Assembly: GCA_965249555.1 (NCBI GenBank)
Contig: OZ252243.1
Coordinates: 1,248,001-1,312,000, forward strand
Source: Nitrosopumilus sp.
GTDB lineage: Archaea > Thermoproteota > Nitrososphaeria > Nitrososphaerales > Nitrosopumilaceae
Length of the DNA: 64,000 bases
Reading direction: 5' to 3'
Under the pieces are notes generated by a model. It was given only the letters and a program-made list of their open reading frames with translations. It had not been told where the DNA came from and searched no databases. Of the stretch, positions 51,218 through 60,597 are shown one piece after another; position 1 is the first letter of the stretch, and every line of letters begins with the position of its first letter. Both the position numbers and the translations under genes were made by a program.

Positions 51218-51691
51218 ATGTCTGAATTTTCTCTTATTGCCACTGGTGGCACATTTGACATAATTCATAGGGGTCATCTAATTTTACTTTCAAATGCATT
51301 TACTATTTCTGATAAAGTAATCATTGGATTGACTAGTGATGAACTTGCTGAAAAAAAAGGAAAACTACCAATTAACAAATATGAAAAGCGACTCGAAAAT
51401 TTAACACAAGTTATTTCCAAAGAATTTCCAAACTCTTCATTTCAAATTAGTAAACTTGACAATGATTTTGGACCTGCCGTTTTAGAGAAAAAAGTGGAAG
51501 CATTGGTAGTTAGCGATGAAAAAAGTAATCAAGGTACAGTTCTAAACCAACTTCGAGCAGAAAAGAAATTATCTCCTGTGAAAATTATAACGGTTCCAAT
51601 GTCTCTGGCAAAAGACGGTAAAAGAATATCTACCACTCGAATCAAAAATTCTGAAATTGACGCAGAGGGAAACTTGTTATCAATTGACTAA
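51218..51691 (+). CDS. coaD: Phosphopantetheine adenylyltransferase
   Basis: GGTFDIIHRGH, GLTSD, FGPA, LVVS, ISTTRI. Confidence 0.9.
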   Translation: MSEFSLIATGGTFDIIHRGHLILLSNAFTISDKVIIGLTSDELAEKKGKLPINKYEKRLENLTQVISKEFPNSSFQISKLDNDFGPAVLEKKVEALVVSDEKSNQGTVLNQLRAEKKLSPVKIITVPMSLAKDGKRISTTRIKNSEIDAEGNLLSID

Positions 51692-51746
51692 TAGCTTGTC
51701 TAACTTTGAGTAATTGGAATAAAACAAAATTCTAGAATCAAGCCTC

Positions 51747-52076
51747 ATGGGAATCATCAATCACATGATGAAAGTAATTGATACTGATGTCTCAAATCTG
51801 AAGCAGGGATTGCAACCTCAAAATCTCTCATTTTGGTATGAGAAAATTATCAAAGAAACAATTGAAATGGCACCTCCTTGGCTTCAAGATAAAATCAAAG
51901 TTCATCAAGATCCTGTACTTACAATGAAATTTAATTTGGATATTTCAAAACGTGCAGTCAGATACTTTATGATTGCAGTTGACAATAACTTGGATGCAAT
52001 GCCATACTCTACAAAGCTCTATTTTCTCAAAGTTCAAGAGATACTGTCAGTTGAAATGGATAAATCTCTAGTTTGA
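51747..52076 (+). CDS. Hypothetical protein
   Basis: Clean ORF in the gene run. Confidence 0.7.
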   Translation: MGIINHMMKVIDTDVSNLKQGLQPQNLSFWYEKIIKETIEMAPPWLQDKIKVHQDPVLTMKFNLDISKRAVRYFMIAVDNNLDAMPYSTKLYFLKVQEILSVEMDKSLV

Positions 52077-52147
52077 TGAGATTTTTTATTCTAGGCACAA
52101 AACAAAGTCAAGGTATCTATAACCAGTAAGTTTGAAATTCTCCAGAT

Positions 52148-53131
52148 ATGGAACTTTACAAAAGGTATTCTGATAGGCAAAAGTCTGGAAGAAATCCTAG
52201 ACAAGATAATGAACCATCTCGATCTTTTAGAAATTCCAGAGATGATAGAGGTTCAAGATATTCCAGAGATGATAGGAGAGAATCTACAACTGTAACTTGT
52301 GCTGATTGCGGCACTGAATGTCAAGTTCCATTTGTTCCAAGAACTGACAAACCAGTATACTGTAGTGATTGTTTCAGACAAAACAAACCACAAGATTCTG
52401 GAAATGACAGATATTCCAGGGATGATAGAGGTTCAAGATATTCCAGAGATGATAGAGGTTCAAGATATTCCAGGGATGATAGAGGTTCAAGATATTCCAG
52501 AGATGATAGGAGAGAATCTACAACTGTAACTTGTGCTGATTGCGGCACTGAATGTCAAGTTCCATTTGTTCCAAGAACTGACAAACCAGTATACTGTAGT
52601 GATTGTTTCAGACAAAACAAACCACAAGATTCTGGAAATGACAGATATTCCAGGGATGATAGAGGTTCAAGATATTCCAGGGATGATAGAGGTTCAAGAT
52701 ATTCCAGGGATGATAGAGGTTCAAGATCTTCATCTAGACGAGAATCTCGTAGAGACAATTCTAGATCTAGCAAGCCGCGAAGTGATAAATTTTTGAGAAA
52801 ACAAGAGAGTTTCTTTGCAAATGGTTCAGACAAATTTTATGAAACTATCAAAGAAAAATTATATGAAATTTTAGGTGGAAAAATCTGTTCTAATTGTGGT
52901 TTCAAGGATGAAAGAGCATTAGGAATAAGTCCAATTTCTGGAAATGTCACTTCTGATAATTCTGGCCGTGGTGGCGATTCTGCCTCATGGGGAAAATATA
53001 TTTCAGCACCAGATCTTGCTAGAGAAGAATTAAAGGTATTTTGCTTAAATTGTAATCAAATTAGAGAACCTATTTCAAAACGAACAGAAGACAGATCAAA
53101 GTCAAAAAAGAGTAAATATTTTCCTAGATAA
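52148..53131 (+). CDS. CxxC-x17-CxxC Zn-finger protein with RDDRGSRYS low-complexity repeats
   Basis: Two identical CADCG..CQVPFVP..KPVYCSDCF modules (234-nt duplication) and 27-nt tandem repeats. Confidence 0.88.
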   Translation: MELYKRYSDRQKSGRNPRQDNEPSRSFRNSRDDRGSRYSRDDRRESTTVTCADCGTECQVPFVPRTDKPVYCSDCFRQNKPQDSGNDRYSRDDRGSRYSRDDRGSRYSRDDRGSRYSRDDRRESTTVTCADCGTECQVPFVPRTDKPVYCSDCFRQNKPQDSGNDRYSRDDRGSRYSRDDRGSRYSRDDRGSRSSSRRESRRDNSRSSKPRSDKFLRKQESFFANGSDKFYETIKEKLYEILGGKICSNCGFKDERALGISPISGNVTSDNSGRGGDSASWGKYISAPDLAREELKVFCLNCNQIREPISKRTEDRSKSKKSKYFPR

Positions 53132-53193
53132 TCTTTAAAATCATCTTTGAGAATTCATTAACACTTTAATAATAATAATTTTGAAATCGAATC

Positions 53194-53277
53194 ATGGATG
53201 GCGACTCTAAAGCAATGGGCATTTCTCTAGTTGCTATGGTTGTAATAGTAGCAGTATATGCTGTGTTTACTCTATAA
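53194..53277 (+). CDS. Small membrane peptide (27 aa)
   Basis: MDGDSKAMGISLVAMVVIVAVYAVFTL; TTTAATAA box at 53165. Confidence 0.5.
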   Translation: MDGDSKAMGISLVAMVVIVAVYAVFTL

Positions 53278-53279
53278 AT

Positions 53280-53561
53280 TCACTCTTTCACAATTTCTAT
53301 GCTGTGTTCTAAAATTTTAGTGGAAACTAACTTGTGTTCTTTATCAATTACTGATTGAATAAAATCCGCAAATTTCTCAACATTTGCTTTGTCTTTTAGT
53401 ACAATACTGTGAGCAGATTTATCCTTCAATGAAATCACCAATTCATTTTCAATCACATTAAGAATTGCTGTGATGTAGGTTTCTTTACCATCCTTTATGA
53501 AAATTAAACTGGCAAGTTTCTTAGCCTCATATTCGTCATCACATACGATACTAATTTTCAT
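53280..53561 (-). CDS. Hypothetical protein
   Basis: ORF overlaps the trpS stop codon. Confidence 0.7.
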   Translation of the reverse strand: MKISIVCDDEYEAKKLASLIFIKDGKETYITAILNVIENELVISLKDKSAHSIVLKDKANVEKFADFIQSVIDKEHKLVSTKILEHSIEIVKE

Positions 53562-54670
53562 TTATTCTCAAAAAGAAATTGCTCTATCTTGTCTTTTGCC
53601 TTTTCTCTTTTTTCTTGATGAATTGCAAGAAAATCGTTAATTTTTTCAATTAAAATTGCTTTTAGTTCTCCTGTAAGTAATTTTCCAGATTTGTAATCTT
53701 CATAGATTGTCTTTAACTTGTTGTCATCTGGTTCAAAAAATATTCTGAGATATTGATATGATACATCGATATCTGGATTTCCTCCAAGCTTTCTATGTTG
53801 TTCAATATCTGGTTGTCCTCCTGAAAATGCATATTTGTTAATTTTCTTTTTTACTATATTTGGTGCATCAGTTGTGTATATTGTTCCATTCTCATCAGAT
53901 GCTGACATTTTTCCGCCAGGTCCTTCCAATCCTGGAATCATTATGTTGTGAATTAATGCAGGTTTTGGTTTTCCAATCTTTGGTGCAATGTCTCTTGTTA
54001 ATCTAAAGTGAGGATCTTGGTCTACTCCTAACGGAATTAAAACTGGTTTGTCTTCAATAAAACATGGTGCAGATTGTAATGATGTATAAAAAATCATACC
54101 AATATTCGTTTCATTTGTAAATCCAAATATTGCTTTTGTATTTGAAAAGTTAATTTTCTTTGCTACTTGGGCTGCAATTGGATAAAGCGTTTGAATATTT
54201 CTTGTGTTGATAATAATTTTTGTTTTTTCTGGTTTGAAACCTAATGCAATAAAGTCTAATGCATTCTCATATGCAAATTTTCCAGTTTCTTCTAATGTTA
54301 GATTTGGTTTTGAATAAAACTTTTCATCATCTGTTAATTGAAAATACATGTTAACATCAAACTTTTCTTGTAACCATTTTGCAAAAACCCAGGGCACTAG
54401 ATGTCCAATATGAGTATGACTAGAAGGACCTCTCCCAGTATATAGAAAGAATTTGTTACCTTTTTTATAATCATCAAGAATTCGGTTCATTTCCCTATGA
54501 GAGAAGAAAATACCCCTTCTAAGCATGAAATGGTCTTCACCAGTAATTTTCTTGATTCTATCTTGTAGTTCTGAAGAAATCTTCTCAGTACCAAATCGTT
54601 TGATCAATTTATCATAATCAATATCCCCTTCAACATGCCAAGGAGTTACAATAAAGTCATCAGCTGACAT
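53558..54670 (-). CDS. trpS: Tryptophan--tRNA ligase
   Basis: YTGRGPS, HIGH, DQDPHFR, KMSAS. Confidence 0.97.
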   Translation of the reverse strand: MSADDFIVTPWHVEGDIDYDKLIKRFGTEKISSELQDRIKKITGEDHFMLRRGIFFSHREMNRILDDYKKGNKFFLYTGRGPSSHTHIGHLVPWVFAKWLQEKFDVNMYFQLTDDEKFYSKPNLTLEETGKFAYENALDFIALGFKPEKTKIIINTRNIQTLYPIAAQVAKKINFSNTKAIFGFTNETNIGMIFYTSLQSAPCFIEDKPVLIPLGVDQDPHFRLTRDIAPKIGKPKPALIHNIMIPGLEGPGGKMSASDENGTIYTTDAPNIVKKKINKYAFSGGQPDIEQHRKLGGNPDIDVSYQYLRIFFEPDDNKLKTIYEDYKSGKLLTGELKAILIEKINDFLAIHQEKREKAKDKIEQFLFENK

Positions 54671-54720
54671 TCAATCTGACTTAGGTTAAGGTTTAAAAAG
54701 TCTTTTTCGAACTTTTACTG

Positions 54721-56109
54721 TTGTCACAAGTTTTTCATGAAATTGAAAAAAAAATTATCATCTCTCTAAAAGATAATCCAAGACAAACTCCTGAGACCCT
54801 TGAAAAATATACAAAACTTTCACCAGATCAGATCAGACGAGGAATTGAGTGGCTTAAACTAAAAGATCTGGCAATTGTCAATGAATCTAAAACAAGCATC
54901 ATTAGTTTAGGTAAGAATGGCATTGAATCTTTTCAAAAAGGACTCCCTGAGAGACGATTACTGGATTTGCTAAAGAGTGGTCCTAAAAAATTATCTGATC
55001 TACAAAAAGAACTTGGACCTATTTTTGGACCCGCAATAGGATTGTCTAGAAAAAATAATTGGGTCGAGGCATCCTCTGATCAAATTTTGCTTAAAAATTC
55101 TCCTTCAGAACTTCCTGGTGAAAAAACTCTCAAACAAATTGGAAACAACAAATTATCTAAAGATAAAACTGATAAAAATGATTTATCAGAACTTTTGAAA
55201 AGACCTGATTTTATAATTGAAGATGTAGTTAAGACCAAAGAAATTTCTTTAACTGATTCTGCAAAATCAATAAAACTTTCAGAGTCTTCTGGGGAAATAG
55301 ATGTAGAAGCAAAAGTACCTGAAGTTTTTGCTGCAAGAACTCATCCATTAAAAGACACTATTGATGAAATTCGTGAAATATTCGTTACATTGGGTTTCTC
55401 AGAAATCAATGGAACCATGTCTCAGTCAAGCTTTTGGAATTTTGATGCTCTATTTACTCCACAAGATCATCCTGCAAGAGAATTACAGGATACCTTTTAT
55501 CTAGATGGAATTTCTGCTAAAAAAATTGCAACACCAGAACAAATTAGAAAAGTTTCTGAATCCCACAAAAAGAATTGGAGATATCATTGGGATATCAATG
55601 AAGCAAGAAAAATGGTTCTAAGAACTCATACTACTTGTGTTACAATTAAACATCTAGCTGAAACCAAGCCTGATGAAGCAAGAGTTTTTTCATTAGGACG
55701 TGTATTTAGAAATGAAAAGGTTAGCTACAAACATCTTGTAGAATTTAATCAAATTGAAGGAGTTGTTGTAGGAAAAGATGCTAATCTGAGAAATTTAATG
55801 GGAATTCAAAGAGAATTCTACAAACGAATTGGAATTACAAAAATAAAATTCTGGCCAACATTTTTCCCATATACAGAACCATCACTACAAACTATGGTGT
55901 ATAATGAAAGATTAGGAAAATGGGTTGAACTATTTGGAATGGGAATTTTCAGACCAGAAGTAACTAAACCTCTTGGAATCACTAAACCTGTTTTGGCATG
56001 GGGAGGCGGTATTGAACGAATTGCAATGCTAAAGTATGGTCTTGATGATGTGAGAGAATTTTACAATAACAACTTGAGTTGGTTAAGGAGTGCTAGAAAA
56101 TGCCAGTAG
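54721..56109 (+). CDS. pheS: Phenylalanine--tRNA ligase alpha subunit
   Basis: WNFDALFTPQDHPARELQDTF, LRTHTT, FFPYTEPS. Confidence 0.97.
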   Translation: MSQVFHEIEKKIIISLKDNPRQTPETLEKYTKLSPDQIRRGIEWLKLKDLAIVNESKTSIISLGKNGIESFQKGLPERRLLDLLKSGPKKLSDLQKELGPIFGPAIGLSRKNNWVEASSDQILLKNSPSELPGEKTLKQIGNNKLSKDKTDKNDLSELLKRPDFIIEDVVKTKEISLTDSAKSIKLSESSGEIDVEAKVPEVFAARTHPLKDTIDEIREIFVTLGFSEINGTMSQSSFWNFDALFTPQDHPARELQDTFYLDGISAKKIATPEQIRKVSESHKKNWRYHWDINEARKMVLRTHTTCVTIKHLAETKPDEARVFSLGRVFRNEKVSYKHLVEFNQIEGVVVGKDANLRNLMGIQREFYKRIGITKIKFWPTFFPYTEPSLQTMVYNERLGKWVELFGMGIFRPEVTKPLGITKPVLAWGGGIERIAMLKYGLDDVREFYNNNLSWLRSARKCQ

Positions 56110-57725
56110 TTGAATTATCATATACGCGCCTTCAAAAATTAGTTGGCAAAGTTACAAAAAAGCAAATTTCTGATTCATTACCATTTCTTGGATTAGATAT
56201 TGAATCAGAAAACAAAGACCTAATCCGAATTGAATACAGCCCAAACAGACCTGATTATTCAACTGATTTTGGAATTGCACTAGGATTGCAAGGATTACTT
56301 GGAATCAAAACTGGAGCAATTAAACTGAATGTCAAAAAATCAAACAAGTATAAAATTTCTGTAAAATCTAAAGTATCAAAAATTCGTCCTTTTGTAACTG
56401 GAATTGTTGCAACAAATGGAAAAATTGATGATAGAACAATTAAACAATTTATGACAATGCAAGAAGATCTTCATTTTGGAATAGGAAGAAAGAGAAAAAA
56501 ATCATCAATAGGTATCCATGACTTGGACACAATTTCATTTCCTTTAGTTTACACAACCACAAATAGAAGTCACAAATTCATTCCATTAACCTCTAAAAAA
56601 GAACTTTTAATTTCTGAGATTCTTAAAGATACTGATGTGGGAAAAGATTATGGTTCTATACTAGGGAATTCACCCAAAGTACCTCTAATTTTAGATGCAA
56701 ATCAAAAAACAGTTTCTTTTCCTCCAATAATTAACGCAGCAATAACTACTATTACAACTAAAACAAAAAATCTCTTTGTTGAGGTAACTGGAATCAATAA
56801 AGAAGATGCTGAAGATATGCTTTCAGTTGTCGCAACTATTTTACAAAGCGCAGGTTTTACTTTAGAATCAGTTCAAATATCTGGTGCAAAAAACTCTTCA
56901 CCAAAACTTGCACAAAAGAAAATATCTGTTAACGCTTCTTTGATCAATCAAACCCTTGGTTTGAATCTTAATGCTTCAAAGATTATTTCATCATTGAAAA
57001 AATCTAGACTAGATGCATCAACTAAAGGTAAAAATATCATTTGTATAATTCCTGCATATAGATTTGATATTTTCGGATCAATGGATTTGGTAGAAGAAGT
57101 TGCTTTAGGATATGGAATCCAAAATCTTGAACCTACCTTATCCCCTTCTCAAACACTTGGCCAAAAGCACCCCATCTCAATTAGTTTGCAATCAATTTCT
57201 TCTATGATGACTGGATTGGGCTATATGGAAGCTCTAAATTCCAGCTTAACTAGCAAACGAATTCTTTATGATAATACAAAAAGAGATTCATCAAAAATTG
57301 TCTCAGTTTTAGATTCCAAAAGTCTCGAACATACTATTCTTAGAGATTCGCTATTTCCTGGATTAATTGATAGTTTGGCAAAAAATATTCATGAATCGTA
57401 TCCTCAAAAATTATTTGAGATAGGAACTATTTTTAATAAAACAAGTTCTGTAACTGAAGAAACTCATCTTTGTGCAGCAAGCTCTCATAAAGATGCAAAC
57501 TTTAGCGAAATGAAATCTGTTTTACAATCTATTATTCAATCCATATTTGGAAAAACTTGCCAAACTAAAACTACCACTCATCCAACTTTTGAAAATGGGC
57601 ATGTTGCAAACATTACTGTTGACGGAAAAGTTATCGGAATTATTGGTGAAATTGGTAAATCTACTAAAGACAACTTTAAGCTTAGAGAACCGATAGTTTC
57701 CTTTGAAATAAAACTACCTGGTTAA
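56100..57725 (+). CDS. pheT: Phenylalanine--tRNA ligase beta subunit
   Basis: PNRPD, QEDLH, YRFDI...DLVEEVA, LFEIG. Confidence 0.96.
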   Translation: MPVVELSYTRLQKLVGKVTKKQISDSLPFLGLDIESENKDLIRIEYSPNRPDYSTDFGIALGLQGLLGIKTGAIKLNVKKSNKYKISVKSKVSKIRPFVTGIVATNGKIDDRTIKQFMTMQEDLHFGIGRKRKKSSIGIHDLDTISFPLVYTTTNRSHKFIPLTSKKELLISEILKDTDVGKDYGSILGNSPKVPLILDANQKTVSFPPIINAAITTITTKTKNLFVEVTGINKEDAEDMLSVVATILQSAGFTLESVQISGAKNSSPKLAQKKISVNASLINQTLGLNLNASKIISSLKKSRLDASTKGKNIICIIPAYRFDIFGSMDLVEEVALGYGIQNLEPTLSPSQTLGQKHPISISLQSISSMMTGLGYMEALNSSLTSKRILYDNTKRDSSKIVSVLDSKSLEHTILRDSLFPGLIDSLAKNIHESYPQKLFEIGTIFNKTSSVTEETHLCAASSHKDANFSEMKSVLQSIIQSIFGKTCQTKTTTHPTFENGHVANITVDGKVIGIIGEIGKSTKDNFKLREPIVSFEIKLPG

Positions 57726-57744
57726 TATTTGACCAAGTAGACCA

Positions 57745-57915
57745 TTGTATGCCCTAAGAGCAACCATGCAGACGGATTGGGATGATGTCGATCGTAATGA
57801 TACCAATGATTTCTAATTCACCCAGGCATGGCACATTAAGGGCGCCCCGGTTTCAGAACCCAAGGAGGTTTTGGCTAAAATACCAATGATCTTGTGCGAG
57901 TCAGAACCGGGGAAC
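57745..57915. ncRNA. Two-domain structured ncRNA candidate
   Basis: GC-rich spacer with stems GCCCTAA/TTAAGGGC, CCATGC/GCATGG and CCCCGGTT/AACCGGGG; each domain contains ATACCAATGAT. Confidence 0.55.
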
Positions 57916-57975
57916 AATCTCATTTTCAAGAATTAAAAAACAATAAAACATCTATCTGTAATACAAAAAATTGAA

Positions 57976-58395
57976 ATGGTGAATTATTGGTTAGCAAAAC
58001 AAGAACCTAGTGGACCACGAGGATATAATTTTGAACAACTAAAAAAAGAAAAAACAACTGTCTGGGATGGAATTCATAATAATCTTGCATTAAAGCACAT
58101 GAGAGAGATGAAACCTAGTGATCTTGTTTTGTTTTATCATACAGGTGATGAACGACAAGCTATGGGGATAATGCAAGTAACTTCAAAACCATATCCTAAT
58201 CCAAAAGAAGACAATGAACGTTTTATTGTTGTAGATGTCAAGTACAAAAAAACATTGAAACGTCCAGTAACACTTGATGAAATGAAAAAAGAAAAAAAAT
58301 TCAAAGATTGGGAACTTATCCGAATTTCAAGATTGTCTTTAATGCCTGTCCCAAAGCAAATTTGGGATGTAATTTTAAAGATTTCTCAAAACTGA
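57976..58395 (+). CDS. EVE domain protein
   Basis: YWLAKQEP, WDGIHN, LFYHT, ISRLS. Confidence 0.92.
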   Translation: MVNYWLAKQEPSGPRGYNFEQLKKEKTTVWDGIHNNLALKHMREMKPSDLVLFYHTGDERQAMGIMQVTSKPYPNPKEDNERFIVVDVKYKKTLKRPVTLDEMKKEKKFKDWELIRISRLSLMPVPKQIWDVILKISQN

Positions 58396-58513
58396 ATATA
58401 ATTGGTTTATTGAAGTCATTAGTCAATTTAGAGAAGATCCATATCTAGCACACGACAACTTCACATAATCAGTAATATAAAATAAATAAATTATAGTATT
58501 TTCATGTTAATAC

Positions 58514-58732
58514 ATGGGATCAGATCATAATAGAAAATTTACTATTCTAATCCAAAATGAAGATGAAGGTGGATATAGTGGTCAATGCTTGGAAATACCT
58601 GGAGCGATAAGTCAGGGTGAATCATTAGATGAATTAAAGAAAAATATGAAAGAAGCAATCCAGTTATCTTTAGAATATTTAGAAAATAAAGCCAAAAAAG
58701 AGAATAAACAATTAATTGAGATTTTTACATAA
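58514..58732 (+). CDS. hicB: HicB-family antitoxin
   Basis: EDEGGYSGQCLEIPGAISQGESLDELKKNMKEAIQL. Confidence 0.9.
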   Translation: MGSDHNRKFTILIQNEDEGGYSGQCLEIPGAISQGESLDELKKNMKEAIQLSLEYLENKAKKENKQLIEIFT

Positions 58733-58734
58733 TT

Positions 58735-58878
58735 TTGAGTCTTAGAAATCATAATTGGCGTGATGTTTACAAGATTCTAGTAAAAAGAGGATTTTATGTA
58801 GATAGACAACGTGGTGATCACATACAAATGGTTGATCTTGATGGTAGATTTGTTACGTTGGTAACCTTTACTGTGTAA
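58735..58878 (+). pseudogene. hicA: HicA-family toxin, C-terminally truncated
   Basis: TTG start: ...KILVKRGFYVDRQRGDHIQM...FVT, then a stop after 47 aa. Confidence 0.75.
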
Positions 58879-58972
58879 ATCTAATTATGATTATTTTCAA
58901 ATTAGCATATTTACCCATAAACCGATTAATTAAATTCGGTTTATTGATATAGTCGACTTATTTAATTAATCC

Positions 58973-59212
58973 ATGGCAACAGCTTATGTTTTAATAAACT
59001 GTGAACTAGGTTCAGAAGAAGCTATTATTCAGCAACTAAAGGGCTTAGAAGGTGTTAAGGAAGTTCATGGAACTTTTGGTGCATACGATATTTTGGCCAA
59101 GATTGAATCTGATACTGTGGAAAAACTTAGAGAAACCATTACTTGGAAGATCAGAAAAATTGAGAAGATTCGCTCAACTCTTACCCTAATGGGTATTGAA
59201 GGTCAAACATAA
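58973..59212 (+). CDS. Stand-alone Lrp/AsnC ligand-binding domain protein (paralogue of 22098..22337)
   Basis: Same length and motifs as the first copy. Confidence 0.88.
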   Translation: MATAYVLINCELGSEEAIIQQLKGLEGVKEVHGTFGAYDILAKIESDTVEKLRETITWKIRKIEKIRSTLTLMGIEGQT

Positions 59213-59230
59213 ACACCCTTTTTTCTTATT

Positions 59231-59797
59231 ATGATTTTACATTTTATTTTCGTTATAAAAAAAGAAGATCGTGAAAAACGACAATTTGAATTTGAATATA
59301 TTAAAAAAATGAGCCAGTTTTACAAGGTATGGATTAAAGAGAAATTTGGAAAAGATTATGAAATTCAATGCGATGAATTGATTACACAACCTAGAAGTAT
59401 TTTTCAGAGACTTGATACACACACTCTTCTACGTGATCATGAACAAAGAGGAAACGACATTTACCATTTCTATCTGACTCATTTTAGACCATTCTGGACT
59501 GATTGTACATGTGAAGGATATCATGCTGAAAATTTTGGGATGGTGTTGTGGCAACCACTTAAAGAATCAAATGATACTTTATTTCTTGCAGAAAAAAATT
59601 GTACTACTGTATCTCATGAATTACTTCATGAGTTATTGCGAATTTCTAAACACAAAAAATTCATTGAAGAGGTTCATGATATTTGGACAAAGCATTTGTT
59701 TGAACAATTAGAATTTGAACAATACGGTGAAGATTTTCAAAAAACTGACGGTAAACCTATGTTTCTAACAATGGATACTTCACAACTGAATCTGTAA
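59231..59797 (+). CDS. Hypothetical protein with zincin-like HExxH
   Basis: TVSHELLHELL. Confidence 0.65.
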   Translation: MILHFIFVIKKEDREKRQFEFEYIKKMSQFYKVWIKEKFGKDYEIQCDELITQPRSIFQRLDTHTLLRDHEQRGNDIYHFYLTHFRPFWTDCTCEGYHAENFGMVLWQPLKESNDTLFLAEKNCTTVSHELLHELLRISKHKKFIEEVHDIWTKHLFEQLEFEQYGEDFQKTDGKPMFLTMDTSQLNL

Positions 59798-59811
59798 AAT
59801 AATCTTTCAAG

Positions 59812-60450
59812 TTAACACTTTGTAACAGAATAAATGTTATTTTCAAAGTTTGCTGTTTTGAAATCCAACTTATTTTCCGGATCATTAGTTCTTGCTTTAC
59901 TCAAGTTTTCAAGTTCCACTAATGCATCACCTCTAAAACCTACTGAAGAACCATAGATTGCATCTGTTAGCATTGTTCCATGCTCCCCTTTCTTAATGTC
60001 ATCTACCATTTCATAAAATCTTGCAGTCTCTTTTTTGTTAACAGGATTACCGGTTGCTTTGTTGTATGCAACTGCAATATACATCCCATTATTTTTTACT
60101 GCAACAAGAATTTTATGATTTTTACCTGTTGCACCTGGAATTGATTCGTTAACTATAACTTCACATTTATGATACATACTTGAAACATATGCAAAGAATC
60201 TATATTGTGCGTATTTTCCTGCGTCATCTTCTGCACAACCAACAAAAACTCTGTGTAGTAATTCCAAAGCCTCATCATTCATACTTTGTAATCTGTCATC
60301 AATTCTACCCCTTTCTAGAAGTTCTGATTTACATTCTTTTGCAACCATTACTAAAATGAAATCAGGTAAATTGTAATTTTTGAGAGCGGCAACAAATGCA
60401 CCTGCTTGTGACATACCAAACTTTGGAAAACCCTTATTGACCATATTCAC
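59812..60450 (-). CDS. Hypothetical protein
   Basis: ORF; IPGATGKNHKI.V resembles an Mrr-like fold, but catalytic residues are not evident. Confidence 0.65.
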   Translation of the reverse strand: MNMVNKGFPKFGMSQAGAFVAALKNYNLPDFILVMVAKECKSELLERGRIDDRLQSMNDEALELLHRVFVGCAEDDAGKYAQYRFFAYVSSMYHKCEVIVNESIPGATGKNHKILVAVKNNGMYIAVAYNKATGNPVNKKETARFYEMVDDIKKGEHGTMLTDAIYGSSVGFRGDALVELENLSKARTNDPENKLDFKTANFENNIYSVTKC

Positions 60451-60597
60451 ACCTCAATTTAGAAAATTTGCAACTCCCCAATACTCAATTAGAAAGCTAC
60501 ATTTCGCTTATAATTGTTAAGAATTTACATGTCTATTTGAATGATTTTTTAAGTTTAAATTGTAAATATTAAATTTGGGACACATTCATACTATCAT

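Noticed and set aside
52234-52730. Regularly spaced repeats resembling a CRISPR array
   Set aside because: The 27-nt units are contiguous, in-frame coding repeats without unique spacers, and no cas genes are present.
57800-57890. TACCAATG is complementary to the tRNA-Thr(GGT) anticodon arm (CATTGGTA)
   Set aside because: Only 8 nt, strand unknown and no correctly placed D box; probably chance.
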